Origin: Octopus vulgaris | Lineage: Eukaryota | Assembly: GCA_951406725.2 (NCBI GenBank) | Contig: OX597817.1 | Span: 175,088,001-175,152,000, forward strand | Reading direction: 5' to 3' | Length of the DNA: 64,000 nt | Shown here: positions 26,800 through 40,771 of the stretch, one piece after another | Layout of the letters: each line of letters begins with the position of its first letter | Position numbering within the stretch: the first letter of the stretch is position 1 | Position numbers and translations under genes: made by a program | The notes under the pieces: generated by a model | What the model saw: only the letters and a program-made list of their open reading frames with translations | Told to the model about the DNA's origin: nothing | Database searches by the model: none

Positions 26800-27111
26800 T
26801 AACATCATCAATACAGTGTCGTTCATGTAAGTTGTTGCTGGCAGATGTGAGATACACACAGCAGTGGCAACCAGCCGAGATGCGGATGTTGTGGAGAAGT
26901 ACATTCAGCTGATACTGTATGCAATATCATCTCTCTCTCTCTTAGCAGTGATGAATGCTGTGTTGGTTTGGACAGCTGGCTAACAGGGGCTACTCGGCTA
27001 CTTAAATTTGTTGACCAATATATATATACACATATATATACATATGTTTGCTAATTTCTCTTGAGCTTTTTTTCTTTTCTCCGCTGGGTGGGGGGAAAGA
27101 ACAAATAATGT
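26800..27111 (+). promoter_or_regulatory. Putative promoter / non-coding first exon ending at a GTAAGT donor (27112)
   Basis: Repeat-free, CpG-containing segment downstream of a (GA)n tract. Donor T|GTAAGT, then a 142-nt AT-rich intron ending TTCTCTTTTGCAG at 27253. The 5' boundary is approximate. Confidence 0.4.
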
Positions 27112-27253
27112 GTAAGTAATATCTAATGAATTCCAATTTTTTTTTTTTTAATTTCATGTAATATAATTTTATTTTATTTAATTCAATATTTTAAAATTGA
27201 TTATATTTTTTTTCGTTAAAAACCAAAAAAAATTATTAACTTCTCTTTTGCAG

Positions 27254-27367
27254 TTAGCCAAGGTAGCAGTCAATCAGATGGGCTCTTACATCATTTGGGG
27301 GGACTGTTGTAAACAGCGGCTGCTACACTCAAAGTACTATAAATTCTAAGACTAGACAAATTTCATA
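27254..27367 (+). other. 5' UTR portion of the start-codon exon, containing a 23-codon uORF (27278-27349)
   Basis: Acceptor TTCTCTTTTGCAG at 27253; in-frame TAA and TAG upstream of ATG 27368. Confidence 0.55.
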
Positions 27368-27413
27368 ATGGCTGAAACCGCAGCAGATAAAATTCAATCA
27401 CTTGATATTGAAG
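27368..27413 (+). CDS. First coding exon of the giant acidic repeat protein (MAETAADKIQSLDIE+G)
   Basis: Strong Kozak context ATAATGG, upstream in-frame stop, consensus donor AAG|GTAAGT. Phase 1 matches the acceptor at 46843 (G+AT = Asp). Confidence 0.7.
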
Positions 27414-27602
27414 GTAAGTGAATTTATTTATTATCTTTCAGTTTATATTCATTCTACATGCAAATATGCATTCTTAAATTTTTCCATAAAGCTCCTTAGC
27501 GAAATTCTAGAATTTCTATCCCCCCACTCCCACCATTAAATATTAATTTCTTGTACAGTCAGTGATATCATTCAATTATATTTAAGCCCTAAAATACATA
27601 CA

Positions 27603-27633
<31 letters not shown>

Positions 27634-28019
27634 GCTAGTTAGATATTATCTTGACCAAATCATTGTTTTGCAATTTGATTTGTTTTTTCATTAGAAGATT
27701 ACCATACTACATAAAAATATGCAGGTTTTTCCAGTTTTTCTTATGTTTTATTAGTTTTTAATTATTTTGTCTTATCTTATTTTTGTCAAATAAAAGCAAA
27801 AACAATTGAAATCATTTGAACTTTCCTTTTAGGTTTTTTTTACTGTTGTGAATAAACCAGATATGCCTTCTTCTTTTAAATATTTATGCCATATATTTTT
27901 ACACTCAAAATATTAAAAGAAAATGATAATAAAACAATAAAAGCAAAATAAAAAAAAACTATATTTTTATTTGCATGTCCACATGTATGTGTGTGAATGT
28001 CTGTGTTTAAGGTTATGTG

Positions 28020-28530
28020 TCTGTGTGTTTGTGCATATGCATATATGTAGGTATATGTATGTATGCATATATATATATATAATTATTATATACATGTGCA
28101 GTATGTGTGTATATATTTTTGTGTGAGTTTATATATGTGTGTATATGTATATTTACACATATGTGAATGTGTGTCGGGGTGTGTATACATGCTTATATAC
28201 ATCTGAATACATATACATTTATACATATTCATATGCGTGTATACACACACACACGCGCACACACACACACACATATACGCACACATTCACGCAGGTGTAT
28301 ATAAATAAATATATATTTAATACATATATGTGTGTAAATGTTTATTTGTGTGCATCTGTGTATGTATAGATGTTTGCGTTTATATATATTTAGGTGAATA
28401 TGCATATATATATATTTATATATATATGCATATGCATAGATATATGCATAAATGTACATATATACCTATGTACATGTATGTATATACAATTACATAGACA
28501 TGTGTATATGTATACACACACTCATAAATA

Positions 28531-28570
<40 letters not shown>
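28020..28570. repeat. Compound (TA)/(TG)/(CA) microsatellite
   Basis: Seen directly. Confidence 0.9.
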
Positions 28571-28572
<2 letters not shown>

Positions 28573-28945
28573 GATGTGACTGCATGGCACCTTGGACAAG
28601 TGTCTTCTGCTATAGCTCCTAGCTGACCAAAACCTTATGAATGGATTTGGTAGACAGAAAATGAAAGATACCGACCATACATATATATATATCTATGTGT
28701 GTGCATGAGTGTAGATTTGTTTGCATCTCCTTGTCTTGGCATTGCGTGTTAGTTTTGAAGAAGAGTTCCCATACACAGTGATGTCATTTATTTCCAGTCC
28801 TCCTTCAAAAACCGTTGGGTCATGGGGAAATTTCACCTTGTTTGGAAACAGGCAAGGCTTTGCAGACAGGAAGGGCATCTGACTGCAAGAAATATGCCTC
28901 AGCAAAGTCTGTCTGATCCATGCAAGCATGGTAAAGTGGATACTG
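28570..28945 (+). mobile_element. SINE A-related fragment with a family-C-like 3' part
   Basis: GGCACCTTGGACAAGTGTCTTC CORE-like segment, then GGAAGGGCATC...CCATGCAAGCATGG tail. Confidence 0.55.
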
Positions 28946-29144
28946 TAAATCAATTATATATATATGTATGTGTGTGTGTGTGTGTGTGTAACTTTATGTA
29001 TATGTATAGTTATATATATTTTTACATTTATGGATATATATATATATGTATAACTAGAAGACAAATGTTAAATAATGATGATGATGATGTATATATATAT
29101 ATACATATCTTTTTCTAACTTGTGTGTATATAATATTTGCATGC

Positions 29145-29185
<41 letters not shown>

Positions 29186-29213
29186 TATATATATGTAGAT
29201 ATATGTATATTTA

Positions 29214-29273
<60 letters not shown>

Positions 29274-29496
29274 TTATGTACATATGTATGTATATATATA
29301 TTTATATACATATATATCTTTATATATACATCAATACACATAAGCACACATTCAGTTACAGTTGCTGGAATTTACTGTCGCAGCTGGTTGACCTCTGGCT
29401 TTCCACCTCCAAAGACAAGTGGAATGAGGTAACCCTTGCTTGGAAACAATTGCGTCAGGAAGGGTATCAAGCTGTAATATAATGGCTCAACATTAT

Positions 29497-29825
29497 ATCA
29501 TCATCATCCTCATCATTTAGCCTCCGCTTTCCATGCTAGCATGGGTTGGACGGTTCAACTGGGGTCTGGGAAGCCAGAAGGCTGCATCAGGCCCAGTCTG
29601 ATCTGGCAGTGTTTCTACGACTGGATGCCCTTCCTAACGCCGATCACTCCGTGAGTGTAGGGGGTGCTTTTTACGTGCCACTCGCACAGGTGCCAGACGG
29701 AGCTGGCAAACGGCCACGGACGGATGGTGCTTTTTATGTGCCACTGGCACGGGGGCCAGGTGAGGCTGGCAACAGCCATGAACGGATGGTGCTTTTACGT
29801 GCCACCGGCACGGGGGCCAGGCGAA
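29497..29825 (-). mobile_element. SINE family C
   Basis: (ATC)n tail, then TTCCATGCTAGCATGGGTTGGACGG..., and three ~62-bp internal units (GGTGCTTTTTACGTGCCA at 29663, 29726, 29788). Confidence 0.8.
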
Positions 29826-29919
29826 GCTTATATATATTTGTCTAAACCATGCTGCAAGTGAAAAATGTACTTAGTAATGAAAAAGTCTAGACATGTATGT
29901 GTTTGTGTAGTGTACTCAC

Positions 29920-30197
29920 AAACACACACACACATGCACACACATACACACACACACACATATGATTGCAGACTCTCACAAACACAAACCCCAACATTGA
30001 CACATACATATGCATATTCATATATATATGTGCATCAGCATATACATGTATGTCTACTTATATATTTGTGTGTGTGTGTGTGTGTGTGTCCCTACACACA
30101 CATACATATATATATATAAATATATATAAATGGATATATACATAGATATATATGTCTATAGATGTATACTACATACATATGCATATGTATTTATGTG

Positions 30198-30238
<41 letters not shown>

Positions 30239-30325
30239 GTATCTATCTGTCGATATATATATATATGTTTATATATGTATATATATGTATATATATATAC
30301 ATATGTGTGTATATATATATATATA

Positions 30326-30357
<32 letters not shown>

Positions 30358-30610
30358 CATATGTGTGTGTATATATATATATATACATATGTGTGTGTAT
30401 ATATATATATATAATTATGTAGTCTATGTGTGTATTTATAGTATCTTTATGTATACATACCTCTATTTATATATATTGGTATCTATATATATATACTGAG
30501 ATATATCATCTCACACACACACACACACATATATATGTATGTGTGTGTGTGTGTTTGTGTATATATGTATATATGTATATATATATATATATATATGTAT
30601 ATGTATACAT
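29920..30610. repeat. Compound (TA)/(TG)/(CA) microsatellite
   Basis: Seen directly. Confidence 0.9.
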
Positions 30611-30619
30611 AAGTATAAT

Positions 30620-30968
30620 GAAGGAACATGGCTTAGTGGTTAGCGCGTTGGCTTCACAGTCAAATAGGTAGGGAGTTCTCTTGCCAGACCAGGCTGTGTA
30701 TTGTGTTCTTGGGCAAGACACTTTATTTCACATTGCTCCAGTTCACACAGCTGTAGAAATGAGTTGTGACGTCATTGGTGCCAAGCTGTATCAGCTTTTG
30801 CCTTTCCCTTGGATAACATCACTGGTGTGGAGAGGGGAGGGTGATGTGCATCGGCGACTGCTGGTCTCTAACAAACAACCTTGCCCAGACTTATGCGTTG
30901 GTGGGAAACTTTCTAGGTGCAATCCCATGGTCATTCATGACGGAAGGGGGCCTTTACCCTTTTAACTT
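30620..30968 (+). mobile_element. tRNA-derived CORE-type SINE
   Basis: TGGCTTAGTGGTTAGCGCG head, CORE-like TTGGGCAAGACACTTTATTTCAC segment and (CCTTTA)-like tail. Confidence 0.7.
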
Positions 30969-31109
30969 TTATACATAAATTTATGATATATGCATATATA
31001 AATTACACATATATTATATATGCATAGATTCAATTCATTAATGTCTACATATATTTATATATTCCTTTATACGTTTCAGCCCAATGGCTGTGGCCATGCT
31101 GGAGCACTG

Positions 31110-31365
31110 GCAATGTACTCACCTTATCAATGGCCATTCCTTATGTGATTGGCTTTTAGTGAAGGAGGGAGTTCAGCGCTGCTGCTCTGTTTTCAGTTTC
31201 TTACCGTGGTATAGGGTCATCTGGGGCCTTAGACAGCTGTAGGTCAGGTCGTTCTTCAAAACATCTACCCTCTACTCCATGAAGATTGCTCAGATGTTTT
31301 GGCAAGGCATTAAATAATTGTGGTCCCTTCAATACCATGCTACTGCAGTTCTTGGTCCTCACTAC
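31110..31365 (-). mobile_element. CR1-like LINE ORF2 extreme C-terminus and 3' UTR remnant
   Basis: Minus translation 'KGPQLFNALPKHLSNLHGV...LSKAPDDP' fits the GPxLFNxLP...PDEP end typical of CR1-group ORF2. Confidence 0.6.
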
Positions 31366-31669
31366 GTGTACACACACACACACACACTCACATAGATGTA
31401 TATGCTTGTGTATGTGAGTATTTTTCCATGCATACATGTGTATGCGTTTACATCCTTGAACGTGTTTACCTATCTGTAAATCACCGTTTTGATTATAACA
31501 TAAAAAATAGCCATCCAAGGAACATCGGTTGTTGGAGAAAGTAATTGTGTGTGATATGTCCTTGGATATGAACAAGGAAAGTTTTTTGTAGCAGTTCCTA
31601 GAGAAAAAATAATGTAGGGATATATGTATGGTTGTGTGTGTGTGTAATTATATACATATACATATATAG

Positions 31670-31972
31670 ATATCACCGTGATCACCGTGACCGACCAGGC
31701 TATCAGATGTTGCTACGCATTGCTGGGCACAATGCCCTTCGCATTGTTTTAGCCTTCAAATAACGCCACCCCGCTGGCTAAGTGAGCAGGCCAACAGAAG
31801 AAAGAGTGAAAGTTGTGGCGAAAGAGTACAGCAGCGACCACCACCACCCCCTTGTGGAGCTTTAGGTGTTTTCGCTCAATAAATACTCACAACGCCCAGT
31901 CTGGGAATCAAAACCACGATCCTACAACTGCAAGTCCACTGCCCTAACCACTGGACCTTTGCGCCTCCACAC
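31670..31972 (-). mobile_element. tRNA-derived SINE
   Basis: Minus head GGAGGCGCAAAGGTCCAGTGGTTAGGGCAG...GGTTTTGATTCCC (A/B boxes) and short tandem tail. Confidence 0.65.
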
Positions 31973-31978
31973 ACACAG

Positions 31979-32019
<41 letters not shown>

Positions 32020-32061
32020 CATATATATATCCCTCTCTCTCTCTCTTTCGGAGAGGCACTG

Positions 32062-32205
32062 AGCAGCTATACGCACACATACACACACGGCAGTAGCTTC
32101 CGCCTACCGAATTCAATCACAAAGCTCCGGGTCGGCTTGGGGCTATAGCGGAAGACACCTACTCAAAGTGCCACGCAGTGGAACTGAACCCGAAACCATG
32201 TAGTT
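32062..32205 (-). mobile_element. SINE family A, 5' part
   Basis: Reverse complement of the family A head/CORE segment. Confidence 0.65.
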
Positions 32206-32207
32206 AG

Positions 32208-32258
<51 letters not shown>

Positions 32259-32738
32259 GTATGTATATATAGTTGAAATTTACAGAAAAACAAAAGACGA
32301 AGGCAGGTGTATGAACAACAAGAAGGTGTATTAGTTTGATGATCAGGAAAGTGAGAAAGACTTTTACGTTTCAAGTCTACGCACTTCAGCAGAAAGGAAT
32401 TTAGGGAAATAAACAGAGAGAGACTAAAAACACTTGTGAATTTCGTGACACATATCATATACATTTATATACACATATATATGTATCTCTATGTTATGAA
32501 CACTAATATATAAATATGCACATTTATGTATAGACACACACACCTGCATGCATATACACCCATCCATGTGACTGCTATGTCGTGAAGAACATGGCCAAGC
32601 AACTTAGAATAAAGTACTGAGCATTAGATGTCTGTGTGTTAAAAGTTTTATCCACAACCATAGAAGTTTGACAAATGTTTCAGTCATAATTAAAGATTAA
32701 ATGTGTATGTTTGTGTATGTGTGTGTGCATGCGCATAT

Positions 32739-32776
<38 letters not shown>

Positions 32777-32778
<2 letters not shown>

Positions 32779-33092
32779 CATCATCATCGTTTAACGTCCG
32801 TTTTGCATTCTAGCATGGGTTGGACAGTTCGACTGGGGTCTGGGAAGCCAGGAGGCTGCACCAGGCTCCAGTCTGATCTGGCAGTGTTTCTACAGCTGGA
32901 TGCCCTTCCTAACACCAACCACTCTGTGAGTGTAGTGGGTGTTTTTTACGTGCCACCGGCACAGGTGCCAGGGGAGACTGGCAGCAGCCATGATCGGTCG
33001 GTGCCTTTTACATGCCACCGGCACAGAATCCAGTCAAGGTGGCGCTGGCAATGGCCGCGTTTAGATGGTGCTTTTTACGTGCCACTGGCACA
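32777..33092 (-). mobile_element. SINE family C
   Basis: High identity to the 29497 and 23355 copies. Confidence 0.8.
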
Positions 33093-34014
33093 CACACATA
33101 TATATATATATATATGTTAGTGAATAGAAAAGACCACCTGACTGAGGTGTAGAATAGGAGAGGAAGGTTAATTTTTATGCATGGTATTGAGAGATTAATG
33201 TATGATAGGAAGAACGGGAGCAGGTTTATTGTGGTGGAAGCGTTTTATTATTAACTTGCATTATACAAACGTTGGTGGAGTTGTACTTTATTAAAGAAAG
33301 AGTAGTGTGATGGTGACAGAATATAGCTTGCAGATAACATGTTAAAGACTGTAGAGAGAGAGAAGAATATGTATATTACTGCAATGTCAGCATTATTGAA
33401 ATTATGGTTGGATAATTGCAAATTAAAATTTGCATGAAACCATTGGTACTGCATTAACACCTATCAATCTATGAAAATAAATTATACACTCATTCCTACT
33501 AGTGTGTATATATATATATATTATACATTTCTATATATATGCATGCATATATGATTATGTATATGTAAATATATATGTGTCCAAACACCCTCTCAGCCTT
33601 ATGACCTATACCATCACCACCCCCAACTCTCTTGTAATGACTCTCTTTGGACTCTTGCCACCCTCATCTATTTTCTCTGTTTTCTTCAGCCTTACTTTCC
33701 ACTTGCACTCACTCTCATCATGTAAGATATCTCTGAACCCCATGTACACAACCCACCTTATCCCGTTTACCATTCCAACCTTCCTCTCTTCACTGACCAT
33801 TCATATTAGTCCCTTTATTCTTGTAACTTGCAGGGTGACCTCACTAGTCCAGGTGCCGCAAATAGGCACCTGGTATACACTATAAAGTGCTTAGTGGTAG
33901 GAAGGGCATCCAACTGTAGAAATCGTGCTGCAACAAATATTTAAGCACGATGCAGTCCTCCTATTTGTCAGATACTGTCCAACCCATGGCAGCAGAAATA
34001 ATGGATGTTAAATG

Positions 34015-34046
<32 letters not shown>

Positions 34047-34294
34047 TGTATATACACAAACACACATATATACACACACACAGACATATATGCGTATGTA
34101 TATATATACATACATATATGTGTGTGTGTGTGTGTATATATATATATTTATGTATGTTTGTATATATGTATATATGTATGCATTTACATCTATGTATATG
34201 AATGTAGGTATGTGTGTACACACTTATATAAATACATATACATACATATATGCATATATACGCACATGTATTTATGTATATGTGCAGGAATAAG

Positions 34295-34327
<33 letters not shown>

Positions 34328-35309
34328 ATAAATAAAAATTGGGTCTAGCCATGAAATAATTTACAGAAATATTTGTAATATATTTATATTCATAACAAAA
34401 ATATTGCTTCCTAGGAAGTCTTGTTCAGTTCTACAAAACTCCAGTTTGTGCGCACATCTTGACACCCACACAGTTGTCTATAAATACTTCTAGAAAATTT
34501 TTACATGAAATATTTTTGAGCTAATGGAAATAGTTCATGCTGGTTATTTCGGTATTTTCAATAAATAGATTGTTTCTATGTCTGGAAATTAAACCATGTT
34601 TCAATAAAAACTCAACTGACATTACTTTAGGAAACAAATTGAAAGTGCGTAACAAACTAGAAAGTGACATTTGAATTTCTTCCAGACACCATTTAAGTCT
34701 TCAGTCATACTTTTTGAAAATCAAAATGTTCCTGAAATCAATCCAATATTACACTCACAAAAATAACATAAAAAGATATAATTTAATTTCGTCAGATAAT
34801 ATTGAAAATGAATTATTACATATTTCATAGATTTTATTTTATTTATTTATTTGCGCATCAATCTATCATAAGAGCCGGTAACTGAAATTTGATTACCTCC
34901 CTTGGACACTATTAATTGCGTCATTGCATTTACAAGATATTTTTCATGTTTATGTATAAATTACATGACAATAAAAAAAAAAAATTTTAACTAATGAAAA
35001 CTAAAATGCGTAATAATTTTTTTTTTTTTTTTTTTCAACTTTTAAGCTGACGAGAGTTCTTTGGAAAAATAAAAATCAAATCTGCATTTTTAGAAACTGT
35101 TTTTTAAAAGCTGTATTGAAATTTGTGAAACCTAGTTTTTAAACATCTAGTGTTTAAAGTACTTAATGAGATCATTTTCATTACTTTGAATAACTCTGAT
35201 AATTAATTAGGAATAACTAAGTCCAAGGGTTGATTATTACAAAATATCCAAAAATATGTACACAAATATACTTCACAATAAGCTTCTTTTGCTAGCACAG
35301 CACTTTAAA

Positions 35310-35345
<36 letters not shown>

Positions 35346-35799
35346 ATTCTTTTCAGACATATACAATGTAGGTACAAATGTATTTGTTGCATTTATCTCA
35401 CATATTTATGAGATAATTGTTGATAATTGTTGCAGCAAAATTTCGATTGCCCTGCCCTAAGCTATCTCCACCATTGGGAACATGAGCATGTCTTGACTCA
35501 TCCCTGTTTGCTCTTGAAGTTTCTGGGGAGGATAAAAAAAATAATGCAATCTTTTACTGGGATAGTTTATTGTAGTTGATTGTGTAATAAATATATTTTC
35601 TCTTTTTAATAACGTGTATATATCTGTGTGTGCATCATGTATATATGAATAATGCATACATCTATACACACTCACACAGAAGCATGTAGAAATGAGGTGT
35701 TACACTGGGAAAGACAAGAATTACAAACCTAGTTCTTTTAGTTCTTTTGGGTGCTGTTGTTTTCTTCATTTTTTTTTAAATAGCTTATTAACTTATTTA

Positions 35800-36012
35800 G
35801 ATTTTTGCTACCATATTTCTTGTGAAATACACTGCTTTTGTTTCAATTAATTTTGAAAATAAAAGAATTTAGTAAAATAACTCATTATTATGCAGGTGCT
35901 TGGAACATAAATTGACATGAAATTTTGAAGAAAGGATTTAATTTAGGTCACTTTCAACAAGTACTTATTGTAGACCTAAAGGTAGTCTCTAGTGGGTTGG
36001 TATCAGAAGGGT
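35800..36012. mobile_element. pB-B MITE, decayed
   Basis: TTTTGCTACCATATTTC...GGGTTGGTATCAGAAGGG. Confidence 0.65.
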
Positions 36013-36131
36013 GAGACCTAATTTAGGTAAGAGTTTTATAGATTTATCATGAGAATGATTGATATCTTTCTTTTGACTCAGTTAGTAAAAAATGCTAACT
36101 CCTTTTAATCTACTTATTATTATCTTCTTAT

Positions 36132-36345
36132 TAAGGTGGTAAGCTGGCAGAATGGTTACTGCGACTGTCAAAATACTTAGCTGCATTTCTTCCAGTTCTT
36201 TACATTCTGATTTCAAAGTCTACTTTATCTTTCATCATTTTGAAGTTAATAAAATAAGTTGTAGTTGAACACTGGGGTCATTGTAATCAACTTCGTCCTC
36301 TCCTGAAAATTGCTGTCTTTGTGCCAAAATTTTGAAAGATTTATT
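36132..36345 (+). mobile_element. SINE family B
   Basis: AAGGTGGTAAGCTGGCAGAATGGTTA head; homology to the 20421-21240 copies. Confidence 0.7.
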
Positions 36346-36366
36346 AGCAGTGAAAGAGGATAAGTG

Positions 36367-36619
36367 CAGCGATTCTCAACCATTTTTTTTTGTCTGTGGA
36401 CCCCTTTAATTCCTATTTTATTCTGCTGGACCCTCAGAGAATTCAGTTAAGAAAATCCTATTATATTTTTATAATTAAATATTATTAGGAACTGTATAAA
36501 AAAAAAATCGTTAAAAATATTTTGTGTATTTTAGAAATATAACCAATAAATTTTAACTAAATCTTACATGCCCCTCTCACCTTCCTAAGGGCCATATGAA
36601 CCCTGGTTGAGAACTACTT
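36367..36619. mobile_element. hAT-type MITE
   Basis: TIRs CAGCGATTCTCAACC / GGTTGAGAACTACT; candidate 8-bp TSD GATAAGTG / AATTAGTG (6/8 match). Confidence 0.6.
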
Positions 36620-38761
36620 AATTAGTGTAACTAATCATTCTTTCGGAGTCGATAAATTAATACCAGTTGCATACTGGGGTCGATATAATCACCTGGCCCC
36701 CACTCCCCCAAAATTTTGGGCCTTGTGCCTAGAGTAGAAAAGAATTTTATAGTTTTTCTTCAATCTTGTTTTAGAATTTGTGTTAGTTATAGTTTCTCAA
36801 TAAAACATGGAACTATATGTTAGGGAAGAGTGAGAATTTGGAACTTGGACAGTCTATGCCTCTCCCCAAGGGCATTTGCGTCATTAGTAATGTTTGTACC
36901 ACAAATTCCAGTATTGCCTATGTATCCCTTAGCAGCTAATGAAGTAAAGACCATCAGGATTTCCACTAGCTGCAACCAGTCTGATTATGAATATTTATAT
37001 GTAATGTTCTTTAAATAGCACTTTATTGTAAATGAAGGCAAATTAGTAGAAGAAAAACTGAATGAAATGTAAATGTCAAAAATAAATGTATTTACATATG
37101 AATAAACCACTCAGTGAGTTTTATGAAGATGTCTAAGTACTGTTTAGAAGTCACTCAATATCTGGGTATGAGAGAAATGCTCAAGGTCAAAGCATGTGTG
37201 ATCATATCTGTTTGACATTCAATTTATGTAACCACTGTCAAATATTAACTTATCTTTCCAGTTTGTTAGTAAGGCAATGTGGTTATTTAACAAGTTCTAA
37301 ATAACTAATTTTAAAATTTAGTATTACTTTCGATACTTTAAAAGTGAGAAAGTAAAGGCGACATTGAGATTGTTAAAATATGCACTATTAACATATTCTT
37401 AAGGTTAGTTATTAGAGGTGGGAAATTGTGTAATTGTTAAACAGTTTTGGCAAATAATTTTAATGAAATCTCTTTGTCAAAAATAATATAATTTATGGAT
37501 GTTTCATTATCATTATAAATTTATTTGAATATTTAATCAATATATCAGATTTATCTACACTATAAGTAGTGATATTGTTTTCATTTTCTGATTAAAAGAA
37601 TCCCATTTTCTATTAAAGGTTTTTCAGTGTTTATTTCAAGAGAAACATATTTAGCATTTCATCGGCAGCTTTCTTTTAAAAAAGGAGTTTTGAGGAGAAA
37701 AATGATGATGTATGAAAAATTATAATTTTATATCAATCTTGCTATTTTATTTCTTGTTCATAATTTGGCTTATATATTTTGTACTAGTTTAAATATATCC
37801 CAGCCAATCAAAAATTTGTGAACTAAGCAGGCTGAAGACGTACAGCAGTGGGGATTTCAAAAGTGTTAAAGAACCAATGTCTAAACACATCTGTTGATAA
37901 AAATAATGAATCTTTAATTTTATAAACTTATGTAAACTTTAATTTTTTAAACTTATTATGGATTTATGGATTAAACTAGCTATTTTAAAGTAGATTTTGG
38001 AGAATTTTTCAGTTGAGTTGTTTCAAATTTGAGCATGGGCAAAATTTTCCTTGTAGACTAAGGCTTCCTTACCCCTGCTATACGAAATAATTTTTTTTTT
38101 GCAAAATATATCAAATTGACAAAATGTTATGGAACTTAAACAATTATAATTAAGGGAAATCTGATTGCTTACTTAAACCAAATTCAGTTAAAGAAGATAA
38201 TTGGATTTATTCCACCCAAAGGAAATTCTAACAATATGTTTTTCATATCCTGTATGTCTGTGCATCTACACACACATCTACATACACAAATACACACAAC
38301 CTAAATGCTCATAATGTTGACCTAGCCAGGAGGGAATGTATGCTTCAGTTTCCATGTAATCAGAGTAAGAGAGGGATGTATGGCGTATATTATTGATCTA
38401 GAATAATTAATCTCTGTGTGTGTATGTATGAGTGAAAAATGATGAGATTGAAGATTATTTATAGAACAGTTGATAGCAGAGTTGTTAAAACACCAGACTG
38501 TATATTTTGTGGTATTTAGTTATATTTCCTTATATTCTGAGTTCTTCTAATCCCATTGAAGTTGACATTCATTTTCCATTCTTGAGGCATGGTTGATAAA
38601 ATAAACACCAGCTAAATATTGGAGTTGATTTAATCAACTGTTCCTGTCCAAGCAAAATATTCAGTCCTCTGTCAATGCAAGAAGTTCCTTACCTTTTGTA
38701 AAGACATGTGGAAAACAGAAAAATTCATACATTTCAAATTTCAGGAATAAATTTGAGCAAT

Positions 38762-38863
<102 letters not shown>

Positions 38864-39613
38864 CATATAAATCGTCAATTGAAGGCAATATTTAGTTTAT
38901 TCACAACAGTATTTTTGGTAAATTCAAATGTGAAAATAAAATTGCTTATCTTTTTAATTTACCTTTTTTTTCTCAAATGAATTCTGTATATTTCTTTCTA
39001 TTAATTTACAGATAATTTGCCTTTTCATTAATACTTGCATTTGTCTACACCACAATTAATAATGCTAGCTTGAAAATTACTACTAATTATTTACTAATTT
39101 GATTTTTGTTTACTATTAACCTTAACATTCATTATTAATATTTACTAAGTTTTTAATACTTGTTTTATTTTTTTATTGTTTTAATTTATTTTGAGCAGAG
39201 ACTTGCTACATGTGACCTGAGTTATATATATATCAATATAAATTACATCGGTAAATCATAGACATTTCCTTGCACCGTATAATAATAATAATAATAATAA
39301 CACAAATATTTATATATTTCTATTTTTGAGGCTTATTACTTTATGTGTACATAATTACCTATTTGCAAAACATTTATTTTGTATAATTTACTCTCATACT
39401 TAAATCATACACCTAGATGGTTGAAATGTTTAATTATATAGAGGAGGATAAATTTTGATAGGTTAGTGTCATGAATATTCTCTTTAAACCAATTCCTCCT
39501 GGGGTATTGCCTTTAGACTAGATAAATGTTCCCTCTTAACCTACTTGTAAATGTTTTCCCTATTCTGAATATCATTTTTGTGTATATTGTATTGTTTTAA
39601 GTGCTGTACTTTA

Positions 39614-39833
<220 letters not shown>

Positions 39834-40007
39834 AAGATAAAGAAGTATATAAATTTATAATTTGGAAAAATAGTCATGTATAAACTAATAAATTTTTAAT
39901 TTTACTTTCTGAGGTATCCAGTACTCTGTTTGGTATGTAGATGTGTGTGTGTGTGTGTACATACACACATACACATACATACATACGTGCGCACACACAC
40001 ACATCAG

Positions 40008-40183
40008 GCACAGGCATACCTGTGGGATTAAGAAGTTCACAAGCGTGCTTCTCAACCATATGGTTTTCGGTTCAGTCTCACTGCATGGCACCTAGACAAG
40101 TGTTTCATATTATGGCCCTTCCTGAACTAAATGCCTTGTTAGGGAATTTGGTACGGAAACTGAAAGGAATGTGTGTATGTGTG

Positions 40184-40200
<17 letters not shown>
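40008..40200 (+). mobile_element. SINE family A, 5' part
   Basis: AGGCACAGGCATACCTGTGGGATTAAGAAG...GGTTCAGTCTCACTGCATGGCACC. Confidence 0.65.
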
Positions 40201-40214
<14 letters not shown>

Positions 40215-40584
40215 TCTCACACACACGTATGTGTATGTGTTTACAGCTTTATACTGATCTACAGCTACAAACAAAGATTCTTGATGACACTGTCTGTAGT
40301 CAGCCGGCTCTCTGCTTTTCAATTGCAGTGGACTAAAATTGTCCCCTGCTTGAAATAACTGATAAGGATTGGTGACAGGAAGAGCATCTGGCCATAAAAA
40401 TCCTCATTCAGTTACCTCCTGTCTATGCTATTCTAACATGGAAAAACATGTTAAATGAAGCTAATGAAACCATATAAAGTGTGTTTGTATATCTATATGT
40501 GCATTTATATACATGTCTTATGTATATAAGCATGTATGTGTGACTGCATGTTCCATGTATACATGTATGTGATGTATGTGTATG

Positions 40585-40662
<78 letters not shown>

Positions 40663-40771
40663 TATATATATATATATATATACATATACATGTACACACA
40701 CTTATGCATACATACATACATACATATATATACACACACACATATATACATATATATATATATATATGATA

